Below are positions 10,401 through 19,582 of a stretch of 64,000 nucleotides of DNA, piece after piece. This DNA comes from a bacterium (lineage in GTDB: Bacteria; Omnitrophota; Gorgyraeia; Zapsychrales; Zapsychraceae): positions 3,175 through 67,174 of the forward strand of contig JAUIER010000005.1 of assembly GCA_030429765.1 (NCBI GenBank), written 5' to 3'. Made by a program: the position numbers and the translations under genes. The notes beneath the pieces were generated by a model, which was given only the letters and a program-made list of their open reading frames with translations, made no database searches and had not been told where the DNA came from. The stretch's first letter is position 1. Each line of letters opens with the position of its first letter.

Positions 10401-11509
10401 AGAAACACCTGACTCTTGGCATCGGTAATTGTCAGCATGTTATGACTGGTATCATAGGTAAAACTCTTGGTTAATCCCGCCGGATACTGAGCTGACGTTG
10501 GTTTGGTGATACTTAGTAGATGCGCGGAATTGGCATCGTAGGTGAAGGTGATCGTTCGTCCGGCATAGTCCACTATCGAACTTAGTTTTCCATCCGAATT
10601 ATAATTGAGATCAATTTCCCGTCCGACCGTATCAATAATCTTAGTTAGCTGGTAGTCATACCCGACAACAACAGGCGTTAAAGACTTACTAAAATCTGAA
10701 TGCGCGTGAATAGGAATAGCACCACTCGGATTATATTGGAAGGTTATCTGATTTCCGTGGCGGTCCACTATCGCCGTTAATTTACCATCAATATCAAATT
10801 CATATTTGGTTCCATTGGGTCGGGTCATGCTCCACGATCCATCGACATTTTGTACCAATGTTCTGAATACCCCAGCTGGAGCTTCATAAACTCCGGCATT
10901 ATAGGTAAATTCATCCTGCCGGCCATTCTCTGAAATTACAATTGCGTTACCATTACTCATCGGACGGACACGGTAGTAATAACTCATCGTCCACCCATAG
11001 CCAAACTGACCGTTGTAATTTTTGCCGCTACGGTATAAGTGATTAATAGCGACATTGAGGCCTCGCCCGGGAATATATAGGTCTGTGCAATAATAGTAGA
11101 ACTCACCACTGTGCAGGTATACTGGGTCAGCACCCGTTTCAGAACCTTCTCCTGGCTTTGGTGTGTTCTCGGAAGGATTCCGCGCTTCAAAACAACCTCC
11201 GCCAAGTGTAGGCATACCATTTGGATTTTGCTTTGGTTGTGGTTTCTGTGAAGAGTCTTCTGTCTCCGGGACCGGCTGCTTATCGCCATTGGGAAGTGCA
11301 CCTCCACCATCGCCACCCGGTGGCTGGCCTTGTTGCGCTTGATCATTTACCGGGGCAGGCGCTGGAAGCGAATCTCCAAAATCTACACCACCAACCCCAT
11401 CCCAAGGATTGACATGAAGAGCCATGGCCGAATATGGAACAATACAGCTCCAGGCAAACGTTAGCAATGTGATAAAGGCAATCGACTGAAGTTTTTTGAA
11501 TATTTTCAT
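7418..11509 (-). CDS. RHS/YD-repeat polymorphic toxin with Sec signal peptide, RHS-associated core ending in DPLGL, and a ~135-aa C-terminal tip of unknown type (hydrophobic helix plus Pro/Tyr/Lys-rich tail).
   Basis: Numerous YD repeats (YTYDxxNRxT, FxYDxxGN), RHS core motif GRRFDTEIGIYHYRARAYDPDIGRFLQRDPLGYYDSMNLFEYVLSNPINFTDPLGL, then ILPIALLLLLVAGVTYLI and a PKYWQYYPAEQPWYK...PKPQPQWEHY tail. Confidence 0.9.
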   Translation of the reverse strand: MKIFKKLQSIAFITLLTFAWSCIVPYSAMALHVNPWDGVGGVDFGDSLPAPAPVNDQAQQGQPPGGDGGGALPNGDKQPVPETEDSSQKPQPKQNPNGMPTLGGGCFEARNPSENTPKPGEGSETGADPVYLHSGEFYYYCTDLYIPGRGLNVAINHLYRSGKNYNGQFGYGWTMSYYYRVRPMSNGNAIVISENGRQDEFTYNAGVYEAPAGVFRTLVQNVDGSWSMTRPNGTKYEFDIDGKLTAIVDRHGNQITFQYNPSGAIPIHAHSDFSKSLTPVVVGYDYQLTKIIDTVGREIDLNYNSDGKLSSIVDYAGRTITFTYDANSAHLLSITKPTSAQYPAGLTKSFTYDTSHNMLTITDAKSQVFLTNTYDSEGRVERQDLGSGYYLFSYGVNTTTVTDRRGMVTTYNFDGNAALLSKEVFTQGIRTGDPASYITSYTYNSERQLETVTYPEGNGVKYVYDITNTDRRARGNVLQVRQKADMALADNNTNDIVTDFIYESNFNQVRTITDPKGNTYTYTFDYDLPTSDPKYGAAGNVVKLEQPTVNSQTPTTHFTYNAYGQITETQNPNGNITQFAYHATTGYLKDVIRDPSGINAITSLTYDTYGNVDTITDANTNVTDLDYNELGWLIKTTNDLGYETKYTYDQNGNVTKLERQADDPVTVWQTIEYTYDILNNVLTMKDPLNRTMTYTYDLSENVATVTDAETNVTTYVYDERDLLFEHKDANTPQGVTQYDYDKNGNLVKITDAESNATDYAYDGFDRRTSKTYADSSGSTYQYDKNSNLTKHTTPSGNAIDYVYDVLNRRTDKTYTTDSNLDVTYTYDVGSRLTDADTTASSVGYTYDALNRVATTTQTLNSNNYTLTFNYDDYGNRTKLTYPSGKVVDYAYDDLNRMTDIDVNTAGLLDYTYDPLNRRTKKSFINTNLPVADYDYDIANQLLQLKNDVLPSTNVSTFDYTYDNVSNRLTMTTGGATQTYAYNDIYELTGVTGAQTHSYAYDNVGNRTTADSASYTSNNLNQYDQVGTQTYTYDSNDNLQSDGTNTYTYDEQNRLIQMQNSSHTATYEYDAFNRRVSKTVDGTTTYFVYDGSEVIEEYSSSNVLQADYVMGRGIDEVLTMDRSSTTYYYHFDGLNSIRNISNSSGTVLETYDYDPYGKITTSLSSIGNPYYFTGRRFDTEIGIYHYRARAYDPDIGRFLQRDPLGYYDSMNLFEYVLSNPINFTDPLGLQVAETAAVAGAAGTGSAISSCGILPIALLLLLVAGVTYLIQDSKKPKYWQYYPAEQPWYKTKYFTGPSVKPPYKPGLEAQTALNLPTSNPGTGVRPYKPKFPFPAGPRHPKPQPQWEHYTPGWGVEWYDGPFFPE

Positions 11510-11541
11510 GATAGCTCTTGGTTATCCATGGTGAATGATTT

Positions 11542-12249
11542 TCATTTTACGAAAAAAGGAATACTAACCGTTCCGATTTCGCCCTCATATCCAACGACAT
11601 TCACTGTCAGTGTATGCCGTCCTTTCGATAATCCTTTGGCGTTAAGTTCGTAGTTAAATGGATTGACTCCCTGCTCATCTTCCATCAAAAATGTATTGTC
11701 GAGGTACATACCAATCTCAAACTGGCTTTCGTTAAGCCATTTGATATCCCGAGCATCAATCATGATCCTCACAGGTACATCCGTATTTCCGCTAATTTGA
11801 GCCATGCCGTTGTCCATGTCGGCGTCCGGAAATTCAACTTCAAAGCGGGGAACTTTACGATACCCCCGGATGGGTGAATCGTAACTCTGTCGCTTATTCT
11901 CATCCGTAGGTAGACAGGCAATGATCAACATATAATCCGGTCGTTTCCCAAAACTCACAAGTCCGCTTGAATCTGTGAAGTCCCACTGTTCGGTATGTGA
12001 CCCTGCCTTTCGAGGCTCCCAATCCAGCAGATTTCGAAGCAGTGGACCTCCTTTGGCTATGCCGATTCGAAGCCGTACAAGCGCGTCTTCCGGCAGGCTA
12101 TACTTTATTTCCCCTGTTTGCGAATCGAAAGAGACATCCGTTGGCACAATTTCAGGATACTGATACCCGCTTTCTGCTGGATATGCTGTTGATCCGCAGA
12201 CGCCAAGAAAGAGACAAAGGAAAAAACTAGAAAGAACGCTGAGTTTCAT
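11542..12249 (-). CDS. Secreted hypothetical protein (signal peptide; beta-rich, Ig-like C-terminal region).
   Basis: ORF with N-terminal signal MKLSVLSSFFLCLFLGVCGSTAYPAES; tightly packed in the operon. Confidence 0.45.
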   Translation of the reverse strand: MKLSVLSSFFLCLFLGVCGSTAYPAESGYQYPEIVPTDVSFDSQTGEIKYSLPEDALVRLRIGIAKGGPLLRNLLDWEPRKAGSHTEQWDFTDSSGLVSFGKRPDYMLIIACLPTDENKRQSYDSPIRGYRKVPRFEVEFPDADMDNGMAQISGNTDVPVRIMIDARDIKWLNESQFEIGMYLDNTFLMEDEQGVNPFNYELNAKGLSKGRHTLTVNVVGYEGEIGTVSIPFFVK

Positions 12250-12258
12250 ATAGTTGCT

Positions 12259-12774
12259 TTAATCAATGACTTCGATCGATTGAATCTGTGAAGCCAAGAC
12301 CTGATTATTTTGGTCGATAACTTCAATCCTGACTTCATACGTACCTGGTTGCTGTCCTTTAAAATTTTGTTTAAATGCAAAAGGAAGAAATGACTCTTTA
12401 TAGCGTTCAATCTGACGACCGTTCAAATAATACGCGATATCATATGGCCCCTCGGTCACATTGGTGCCAGCTATTAGATCAATCCTGAATTCGTGGATAT
12501 TCTTAACTTGAGTCCCTTTGTTGTCCCTGCCAAACTTTCGTTTGCTGAAGACCACATCTGCTTGACGCATTTTCGTTCGTCGTACGTTCTCCAGCACGAC
12601 CTTAGCATTACGAGCTTTCTGTTCTTCGGCCCGCGTAAAGGCTTGAATAGAATTTTCACCCGGCGGCGTGGCGCCTGCCAGAGAAACGCTCACCAAACTA
12701 ATAGCCATGGGTAGGATTAGGCTTGGAATATATCTATTCTTCAGATACGTCATATTATTTTTCTCCTGCTGCAC
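12259..12774 (-). CDS. Secreted hypothetical protein.
   Basis: Signal peptide LILPMAISLVSVSLAGA; overlaps the upstream TolB-like gene by 20 nt, so probably co-transcribed. Confidence 0.45.
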   Translation of the reverse strand: MQQEKNNMTYLKNRYIPSLILPMAISLVSVSLAGATPPGENSIQAFTRAEEQKARNAKVVLENVRRTKMRQADVVFSKRKFGRDNKGTQVKNIHEFRIDLIAGTNVTEGPYDIAYYLNGRQIERYKESFLPFAFKQNFKGQQPGTYEVRIEVIDQNNQVLASQIQSIEVID

Positions 12775-13630
12775 ACCATCTGGGCTCTATCGCCTCTGAC
12801 GTTCCGTCAGTCAGCTGTTTGACATTGGAACCGTCTAAATCCATTAGCCATAGTTGCTGAACGCCTGATCGGGTTGAGGTGAAAACCACTCTTTGACTGT
12901 CCGCCGCTACATCAGGCGTAGTATCCAAATCTTCGTTATTTGTTATCGATTTAACCTTTTTTGATTCGACATTCACTACGTATATCTCGTAATCCTGACC
13001 ATCACGATTGGAGGCAAAGATTATATTCGCACCGTCCGGTGTAAAGCGTGGATGGACGTCCAGTCCGTCGGCCTTCGTGATCTGTACTCGCTCCTTACTT
13101 TCCGGACTGATTGTCCAAATATTGTGTTCCAATTGTCCGTCCGCGCTGACAAACGCGACTTGATCACATGTCGGACTAAAACTTGGGTGATACTTCAAAT
13201 ACTTGTCCTGTGTGACCATCCGGGTCTCATCTCCAGTCATGTCCGAAACCCAAATATCGCTAATGTCAATTTCTCTGGGATTAAACCGTACAAACAATAA
13301 CTTCTGAATACCGTCGCAATAGTCCGGACTATTAATCGAATTGTATCGGCTCAACAACTCTGTTTCTTGACCATTCTCCAGACTGTATTGATATAATTTC
13401 CCGTTATTACTTCGATACACAACTTGCTGAGTTGAATCAATACAGACCGGACTGCGCTTATCGCGCTTACTGGTTGTCAATTGAGTAGGCTCACTCCCAT
13501 CTTCATTAATCATCCAGATCTGCCAGTAACCATCCGTCAGCCGGGAGTATACGACCTGTTCCTGAGCCGAGGCTGTCACGGGGCTGGACAGTAGTCCTAT
13601 CAATACTATGAAAAAGATCGTTCTTGGCAT
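12755..13630 (-). CDS. TolB-like periplasmic beta-propeller (PD40/WD40-like repeats) protein.
   Basis: Signal peptide then repeated DGS/DG...Q.T... blades (INEDGSEPTQLT, FTPDGANIIFASNRDGQDYEIYVVNV, LMDLDGSNVKQLTDG) typical of TolB-type propellers. Confidence 0.6.
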   Translation of the reverse strand: MPRTIFFIVLIGLLSSPVTASAQEQVVYSRLTDGYWQIWMINEDGSEPTQLTTSKRDKRSPVCIDSTQQVVYRSNNGKLYQYSLENGQETELLSRYNSINSPDYCDGIQKLLFVRFNPREIDISDIWVSDMTGDETRMVTQDKYLKYHPSFSPTCDQVAFVSADGQLEHNIWTISPESKERVQITKADGLDVHPRFTPDGANIIFASNRDGQDYEIYVVNVESKKVKSITNNEDLDTTPDVAADSQRVVFTSTRSGVQQLWLMDLDGSNVKQLTDGTSEAIEPRWCAAGEK

Positions 13631-16600
13631 CTACTCAAATACGGTAATGTTTCCGTCAATCACCTGGGTTGTCGAGTCTTTTGTCACGGATAATCTGATT
13701 TTGTAATGCCCTTCGGTATCTACAAACTTACCTAAATCATTCAAGCCATCCCACTCTACCGTATGGCTTCCGATATTAGTGAACACATTATTAACTAAGG
13801 TCGCCACCGTCTGATCCTGGGTATCAACAATGGTTAGGGTAACGTTCCCCGATTCGGATATAGTATATTCAATCTCCGTCGATTGACCGTAGACCGGATA
13901 TATAACATAGGGGTCGGCCTGAATAGTTGATGTAGTTAGGCCTGGATGATTGTCAACAATAATCGCATTGTCGGGCAAAATCTTAGACCATGCCAATACC
14001 GTATGGTCGTCTGCCACAGGCATATCTCCATCATCCGTACGACCGTCCCAAATAACAGTATTACCGGTCGTATCACTCGGAAGATACTCCACGAGGCGTC
14101 GATCCATGTAATGCTCGCCATGCCGGCCTACCCAGAGAATCACCCAGGACGGAACGCTGACGTCATAAGAAACAGTGACCGTTTCACCTTGATATGGATT
14201 GAATGTCGCCGGTGTGACACTCATATTCGAGAAAGTCGCCGTACCGGAGACATATTCGGGATCATAGGTGAAATTCATTGTAGAATCGACTGCGTCAATT
14301 GTATATACATATGCCGAGTCATCCAAATCAGTATTAGTGGAATCTTTTCCATTCCATACAAAGGTATTGGCTCCGGCTGTCCGGGCTGAATTTAGCAACA
14401 GTGTATCTTCATACACCCGGTAATATTTGCCATTCGAGATGTACACATCTCCTTTGTATATTTTGATCGTCACATCCGCGTCCCGATCCAGCGTAAAATT
14501 GATAGTTGATGTCTGTCCACTGCCAGGATCGATGGAAGTGTCTGTGTGCGAAACATTGGTTATCAAATCATTTGGATAAGCCTGCCCCCAAATTCGAGCA
14601 TCAGTAACCATATGATTGAAATAATAGATACTGCTGTCTACGAACAAAGAATTGGAACTGGCCACCGTGCTTGTATAAAATACCATTTCATTTTTGAGAT
14701 ACGTGATCGTCGTTCCAGTGCGCTCAATTTTAATCTTATCACCGGCCTGATACGGACCAAAATCTCCCCTGGAGACACCACTTTCATAAACTTCAAGCGT
14801 TTGGTTGTCTGTGACATATATTCCATAATCGATGGTTTCCCAGCTGTTATTAGTATTGGTGTCCGATAGACCGACAATATAGGCCTTATCGATATTTGTC
14901 ATCTCGAAATCAAGTGCAAAATCTCCGGTAAATATTCCGGTTGATATGGCACCGGCATTTCCCCATCCTGCTCCGATATTCTTTTGTAAGTCATTTCCAT
15001 AAGCAACTCCTCCAACAATATCTCGCCATACGACATCCGAATTAATGTCCGGCTTGGCACTCACGACGTTTGACGCTCCACCGGAGCCAATCGCATTCTT
15101 GGTGACAACTCTAAATTGATAAGACGTACCATTAGATAAACCTGTAATCGTTGCACCGGTCACAGCGTCATCTGCGTATGTTGAGCCAAAAGTCCCACTG
15201 GCCACCGTGCCGTATTCTACATCATACCCCGTAATAACTGAGCCTCCGTTGGAAGGTGCGGACCAATACAAACTAGCACTTGAGTCATCAGCTTGCACAT
15301 ATAGATCATTCACAGCCCCAGGAACGGTCGGGACAACGCCTAAAAATTTAGCATCCTGTATGGTTGCTCCATAGTCATAAAATGCTGTATCTACGAGCAA
15401 AACTCCTGCACTTGGTACAGAACTGCGGTAAAAAACAACACCGTTTTTATGATAGGATATTTCCGAACCATTCCGTACTATCTGAAATTTATCACCCGTC
15501 TGATACGTACTTAAATTACCTCTATCAGTCCCCCCTTCGTAAACATGTACCACACCACCTGGAATCAGGTCTATGGCATAGTCAATTGTAGTATAATTGG
15601 CATCTACATTGACATCTGAAAACCCGCACAAACGATAAGTTGTTGTTTCATTGGCTGTAAATTCTATTCCGAAATCCCCTTCAAAAGATGACGTTGAAGC
15701 CCCGCCAGCAGCACCCCATCCTCCCCCCATAGAGGTCTTAGCCAAATCGTTTCCCGTGGCGCCAACTCCGACAAAATCGGTCCATACAACATCGATTGGC
15801 ACTCGAGGTGTAATTGTAAGAATGTTGGATGCCTGGCCGCTCCCGTTGGCATTCTTGGCTACAATTCTAAACTGATAAGAGGCCCCTGTTGTGAGTCCCG
15901 TGACTGTCGCGCCAGGTACAGCGTCATCCGTATAGGTGGAAGCAAAAGTTCCGCTACTGACTAAACCATACTGAACCTCATACTCCGTTATTGGGGAACC
16001 ATTGCTGGCAGGTGCGGACCAATCCAAGTCGATACTGGTACCTTGGGAAATCCCAATCAAATCAGATACAGCGTCTGGTGCCGACGTCGAAATTCCAAAA
16101 AACTGTGCGTTCGTAATCGTTGATCCGTTCCAGTTCAATGCAGCATCGACAAGCAATGCTCCGGAACTTGGCGTAGCACTTGTGTAGAAAGTGACACCGT
16201 TCTTTTTGTACAGAATACTGGTCCCCATGCGTTCAACCGCAAAAATATCTCCCGATTGATACGTTCCAAAGGCCCCCTTATAGCTCCCGTTTTCATAAAC
16301 CTGAACACCAGCGCTCGAGGTCAAATAAAGAGCATAGTCAATAGACGTATAGTTGGCATTCACGTTGACATCGGACAAACCGCACATTCGGTGCTTATTG
16401 GTTTCAGTTGCCTCAAATTGAACACCGAAATTACCGGTCTGCGTAGAGTCCGAAGCCGCACCTGCAACACCCCATGTACCCCCGACATTCTGGGTGATGG
16501 TGTTGCCTGTTGCTGTAACGCCAACCAAATCCGTCCATACGACATCAACCAGGGCACTTGGCGTGACAAGGACAACATTTGACGCTGGTCCCGTACCAAT

Positions 16601-17404
16601 CGAATTTTTGGCCACAACCCTGAACTGATACTCTGTACCAGTCGTCAAACCTGTAATTGTGGCACCCGGGCTGGCATCGTCCGTATAAGTTGAACCAAAC
16701 GTACCGCTGGTGACAGTCCCGTACTGAACCTCGTACTCAGTTATGGCTGAGCCTCCATCCGACGGTGCCGACCATGACAATATGGCGGTGGTCGTTGTAA
16801 AATCCGATGACAAATCATTGATTGCACCGGGCGCTTGAGCAGGAACACCTGTAAATTTTGCATCGAGAATACTGCGATTGGTGTAGTAAAAACTGGTATC
16901 TGCCAATAAATCGCCAGTGCTAGAGATGGTGCTTGTATAAAATGTAGTTCCGTTTTTCTTATACGTAATCGTTGTCCCTGTTCTTTCTACCTTAAATACA
17001 TCCGAGAGACTAAACGATCCGAAACTTCCTCTCAAAGTGCCACTTTCATACACCTCGACTGTCGCTGAATTAGAGAAATAAATGGCATAATCAATGGTAT
17101 CCCAGTCCGCATCTGCGTTTGTACTGGAGAGACCACACAGAGTGTTATTGTAGGAAAGTGTATTTGTGGAAAATTCTAAACCGAAATCTCCGCTATGTTT
17201 ATCCGTAGAGGCCGCTCCTCCATTGTTCCAACCATTTCCAGCGGTTTTGGTGAGATCATTCCCGCTGGCGGACACACCCACCAGATCCGTCCAGACGACA
17301 TCAACATCTGCCGCATAGACGCAAGGAACCATGATTATTAAAAACATCCAAATTATAGAGATTTTAAGTAAATGGGTGAGAATCGGGAGTTTTTTTCTGC
17401 GCAT
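13631..17404 (-). CDS. Large secreted or cell-surface repeat protein: four tandem ~250-aa units, each an unknown ~170-aa beta domain (VDVVWTDLVGV...) followed by a fibronectin type III domain, then C-terminal Ig-like (FlgD-Ig-like) domains.
   Basis: FN3 consensus (ITEYEVQYG...YTDDA.PGAT.TGLT.G..YQFRVVAKN..G.G.ASN) repeated four times; signal peptide; 1257 aa. Confidence 0.7.
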   Translation of the reverse strand: MRRKKLPILTHLLKISIIWMFLIIMVPCVYAADVDVVWTDLVGVSASGNDLTKTAGNGWNNGGAASTDKHSGDFGLEFSTNTLSYNNTLCGLSSTNADADWDTIDYAIYFSNSATVEVYESGTLRGSFGSFSLSDVFKVERTGTTITYKKNGTTFYTSTISSTGDLLADTSFYYTNRSILDAKFTGVPAQAPGAINDLSSDFTTTTAILSWSAPSDGGSAITEYEVQYGTVTSGTFGSTYTDDASPGATITGLTTGTEYQFRVVAKNSIGTGPASNVVLVTPSALVDVVWTDLVGVTATGNTITQNVGGTWGVAGAASDSTQTGNFGVQFEATETNKHRMCGLSDVNVNANYTSIDYALYLTSSAGVQVYENGSYKGAFGTYQSGDIFAVERMGTSILYKKNGVTFYTSATPSSGALLVDAALNWNGSTITNAQFFGISTSAPDAVSDLIGISQGTSIDLDWSAPASNGSPITEYEVQYGLVSSGTFASTYTDDAVPGATVTGLTTGASYQFRIVAKNANGSGQASNILTITPRVPIDVVWTDFVGVGATGNDLAKTSMGGGWGAAGGASTSSFEGDFGIEFTANETTTYRLCGFSDVNVDANYTTIDYAIDLIPGGVVHVYEGGTDRGNLSTYQTGDKFQIVRNGSEISYHKNGVVFYRSSVPSAGVLLVDTAFYDYGATIQDAKFLGVVPTVPGAVNDLYVQADDSSASLYWSAPSNGGSVITGYDVEYGTVASGTFGSTYADDAVTGATITGLSNGTSYQFRVVTKNAIGSGGASNVVSAKPDINSDVVWRDIVGGVAYGNDLQKNIGAGWGNAGAISTGIFTGDFALDFEMTNIDKAYIVGLSDTNTNNSWETIDYGIYVTDNQTLEVYESGVSRGDFGPYQAGDKIKIERTGTTITYLKNEMVFYTSTVASSNSLFVDSSIYYFNHMVTDARIWGQAYPNDLITNVSHTDTSIDPGSGQTSTINFTLDRDADVTIKIYKGDVYISNGKYYRVYEDTLLLNSARTAGANTFVWNGKDSTNTDLDDSAYVYTIDAVDSTMNFTYDPEYVSGTATFSNMSVTPATFNPYQGETVTVSYDVSVPSWVILWVGRHGEHYMDRRLVEYLPSDTTGNTVIWDGRTDDGDMPVADDHTVLAWSKILPDNAIIVDNHPGLTTSTIQADPYVIYPVYGQSTEIEYTISESGNVTLTIVDTQDQTVATLVNNVFTNIGSHTVEWDGLNDLGKFVDTEGHYKIRLSVTKDSTTQVIDGNITVFE
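14300..17311. repeat. Intragenic tandem repeat, four copies with ~756-bp period, encoding the repeated modules of the surface protein.
   Basis: Protein-level repeats starting near residues 32, 285, 537 and 785 with high similarity imply DNA-level tandem repeats. Coordinates approximate. Confidence 0.6.
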
Positions 17405-17983
17405 ACAAGTTTCCTAAAGAATTCGAAGAGAAGAACTTTGATTGCAAAAAGAAAAAAGTAATTAGCGCAGAAAAAATAGACTGAAATGCCGTATCTTTTT
17501 TATCTTACAAAATTTGTACTCCAAAGTAAAGGCCAAATCAGCGTCAAGACCAACTTTTTTTATAATCGGATTACTTTTGGATAGTTAAATGTCACTTTAG
17601 ATCAGTTTTAATGGATCTATATCCATCAAGATTCTACCAAACCTAAATCGCATGAAAAATGCAGCCCGATCTTGACTCCTGAAGGCTGCATTGTTTCTAG
17701 AGATTGTTATCAAAACGTTATCGCGGGCAATCCAATTAACATCTCCTTAAACAAAATCTTTTACAAAATCAGCATTTGCAAATATTTATGCACTCTAACT
17801 AATCTTCTTATAAATTCGACCTTTAGGTTACATACCTATTGATGCAATTTTATGTTCCCTCAAATCCAAAAAATATTGGTTGTATTTTATCAACGCTCAA
17901 TATAGGATGAAAACCCATAGTAAAAATACAGCCTATTTGCAGAGCACTCTAAAAAGACACTACTTCGAATTAAGGACTATTTC

Positions 17984-19219
17984 ATGCTTAATATTTCTTT
18001 AGAAGATTTTCTAGATTCATTTTACGATCAAGCTACTTACGTTAAAGTATATAAAAAAAACCCCGCCTATGATTACGACGTTAATGGACAAATAATCTAC
18101 TTTAATCGTCTGTATACTCGGGGGCTCATAGAAAGAGTTGAGCATAACTTTAAAAAATTCACCTCACTTTTTAATCCTTATGAGCTATCAATGCTCAAAA
18201 AAACCTACAATGTTGAGAATATTACTGACAAAGAAGTCGATGCGTTTCGCAAATTGGTGATTAAGAAAAAATTTACCGATTTAGATTTATTCAATAGTCA
18301 TGGCCATAATTTCATAGAGAATGATCATGAAGTTATGAACGGGGAAAAAATGAAGTTTCCTCACAAACTTGAGGACTCCCTATTCCCTGATGGAACTCCA
18401 AGAAAAATTTCAACAACAAAAGTTCCCTTTAAATTGGATGGAAAAATTATCGGTGTCATAGGTTTTTCAAAAGATCGCAGTGGATCTTATAATTTATTTA
18501 AAAATTTGGAGTCGGCTTTTTCTGGTGCAATTCTTGTTGTAGATGCTTTAGGTAGAATTGTGTACAGAAGCCCCCACACCCCTTCGTTTTTTGGATACTC
18601 CTCTGACAGATTCAACCAAATCGTACATGTTAAAGAAATCTTTGCAAGAAAGGATGATCGAAAAAAAATTATTAGAACTTTATATTCAGAAAAATCTGGC
18701 GAGAAAACTTTTGATGATGTCAGCCTAAAACGACTAAATGGAGAAATTTTCAAAGCTAAAGTTGCCGCTGGGATCAGAACTCATGAAAGGTCTACACAAT
18801 TATTTCATGCCACAATAATCGACATTCAAGGCGAATTACGCAAAAGTTTAGAACTAGACAATATCAAAGCGCTAGTAAGGCAAGCCACAACAAACATTCA
18901 AAAAGAGGTATCTAAAGCTGTAAACGACGTGCTTCAAGAAAAAATCTTCGAGAACTCTATAAGTAAGATCGTCGTACTAAATTCCCTTGACGATAAGTTT
19001 AAAGAGTTGTTTAATCTCTATGTTCACACCAACCTCAGCACTAAAAATATTGCACCCCTTACCATCAATTGGAGAGTCGAGCAAACAGTCAAGAACAGGC
19101 TGGTGGAATTAGCAAAAATATTAGGCATAGAAAACGATCGCAATGAATTTAGAAAATATGCTCAGAGCGCTGGTATTTATTCCTTATCATTAGGCCCTTC
19201 TTCTCTGAGATTGGACTAA
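17984..19219 (+). CDS. Hypothetical protein (AT-rich island gene; possibly PAS-like sensory fold in the middle).
   Basis: ORF with AAGGA RBS 8 nt upstream; no confident motif. Confidence 0.4.
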   Translation: MLNISLEDFLDSFYDQATYVKVYKKNPAYDYDVNGQIIYFNRLYTRGLIERVEHNFKKFTSLFNPYELSMLKKTYNVENITDKEVDAFRKLVIKKKFTDLDLFNSHGHNFIENDHEVMNGEKMKFPHKLEDSLFPDGTPRKISTTKVPFKLDGKIIGVIGFSKDRSGSYNLFKNLESAFSGAILVVDALGRIVYRSPHTPSFFGYSSDRFNQIVHVKEIFARKDDRKKIIRTLYSEKSGEKTFDDVSLKRLNGEIFKAKVAAGIRTHERSTQLFHATIIDIQGELRKSLELDNIKALVRQATTNIQKEVSKAVNDVLQEKIFENSISKIVVLNSLDDKFKELFNLYVHTNLSTKNIAPLTINWRVEQTVKNRLVELAKILGIENDRNEFRKYAQSAGIYSLSLGPSSLRLD

Positions 19220-19249
19220 ATTACAGTCTGATTAGAAAAATAGTTTTCA

Positions 19250-19505
19250 AATACTTGAAGTATTTCTCGACATTCCGAAGTTATTGTTATCACCCTTTTT
19301 TATATCCTAATAGTACTTCTCGATGCCCTCCGAAATAACCTCACTTTCATAAGTTCCTTAATTTCATTAGGTACAGTAGATACCTCATCTATCAAAGTAC
19401 CAGTAAGTATATCCTCATTCTTATTAAGTTATATTTCACTTCCCAGAAAGTATAGAAAAGTACTGAAATTCTCATAAGTTCATTGATTTCAATGGTTTGC
19501 AGTAA
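19250..19505. repeat. Repeat-rich AT-rich intergenic region: imperfect ~35-bp direct repeats (ttcataagttccttaatttcattaggtacagta / tctcataagttcattgatttcaatggtttgcagta) and iterated AGTAC/AGTAT-TTCTCGA motifs upstream of the sugar transferase.
   Basis: Read directly; candidate regulator iterons or small-RNA region. Confidence 0.4.
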
Positions 19506-19582
19506 TTTTTAAATTGACTTAATTGCCGCAGCATTCTAAAATAAGGTATCAAACTTAAAACTACCGCATGGAGGCCTCCAAT

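Noticed and set aside
8123-11412. Many small ORFs within the RHS gene and the 1257-aa repeat gene (for example 9764..10177, 13946..14389, 16256..16582).
   Set aside because: Contained in long repeat-protein ORFs; repeat-driven frame artefacts.
17657-17695. 9-bp-stem hairpin (aatgcagcc...ggctgcatt) in the divergent promoter region between the 1257-aa gene and ORF 17984.
   Set aside because: No gene end is nearby on either strand for it to terminate, and there is no clear U-run; possibly regulatory but unsupported.
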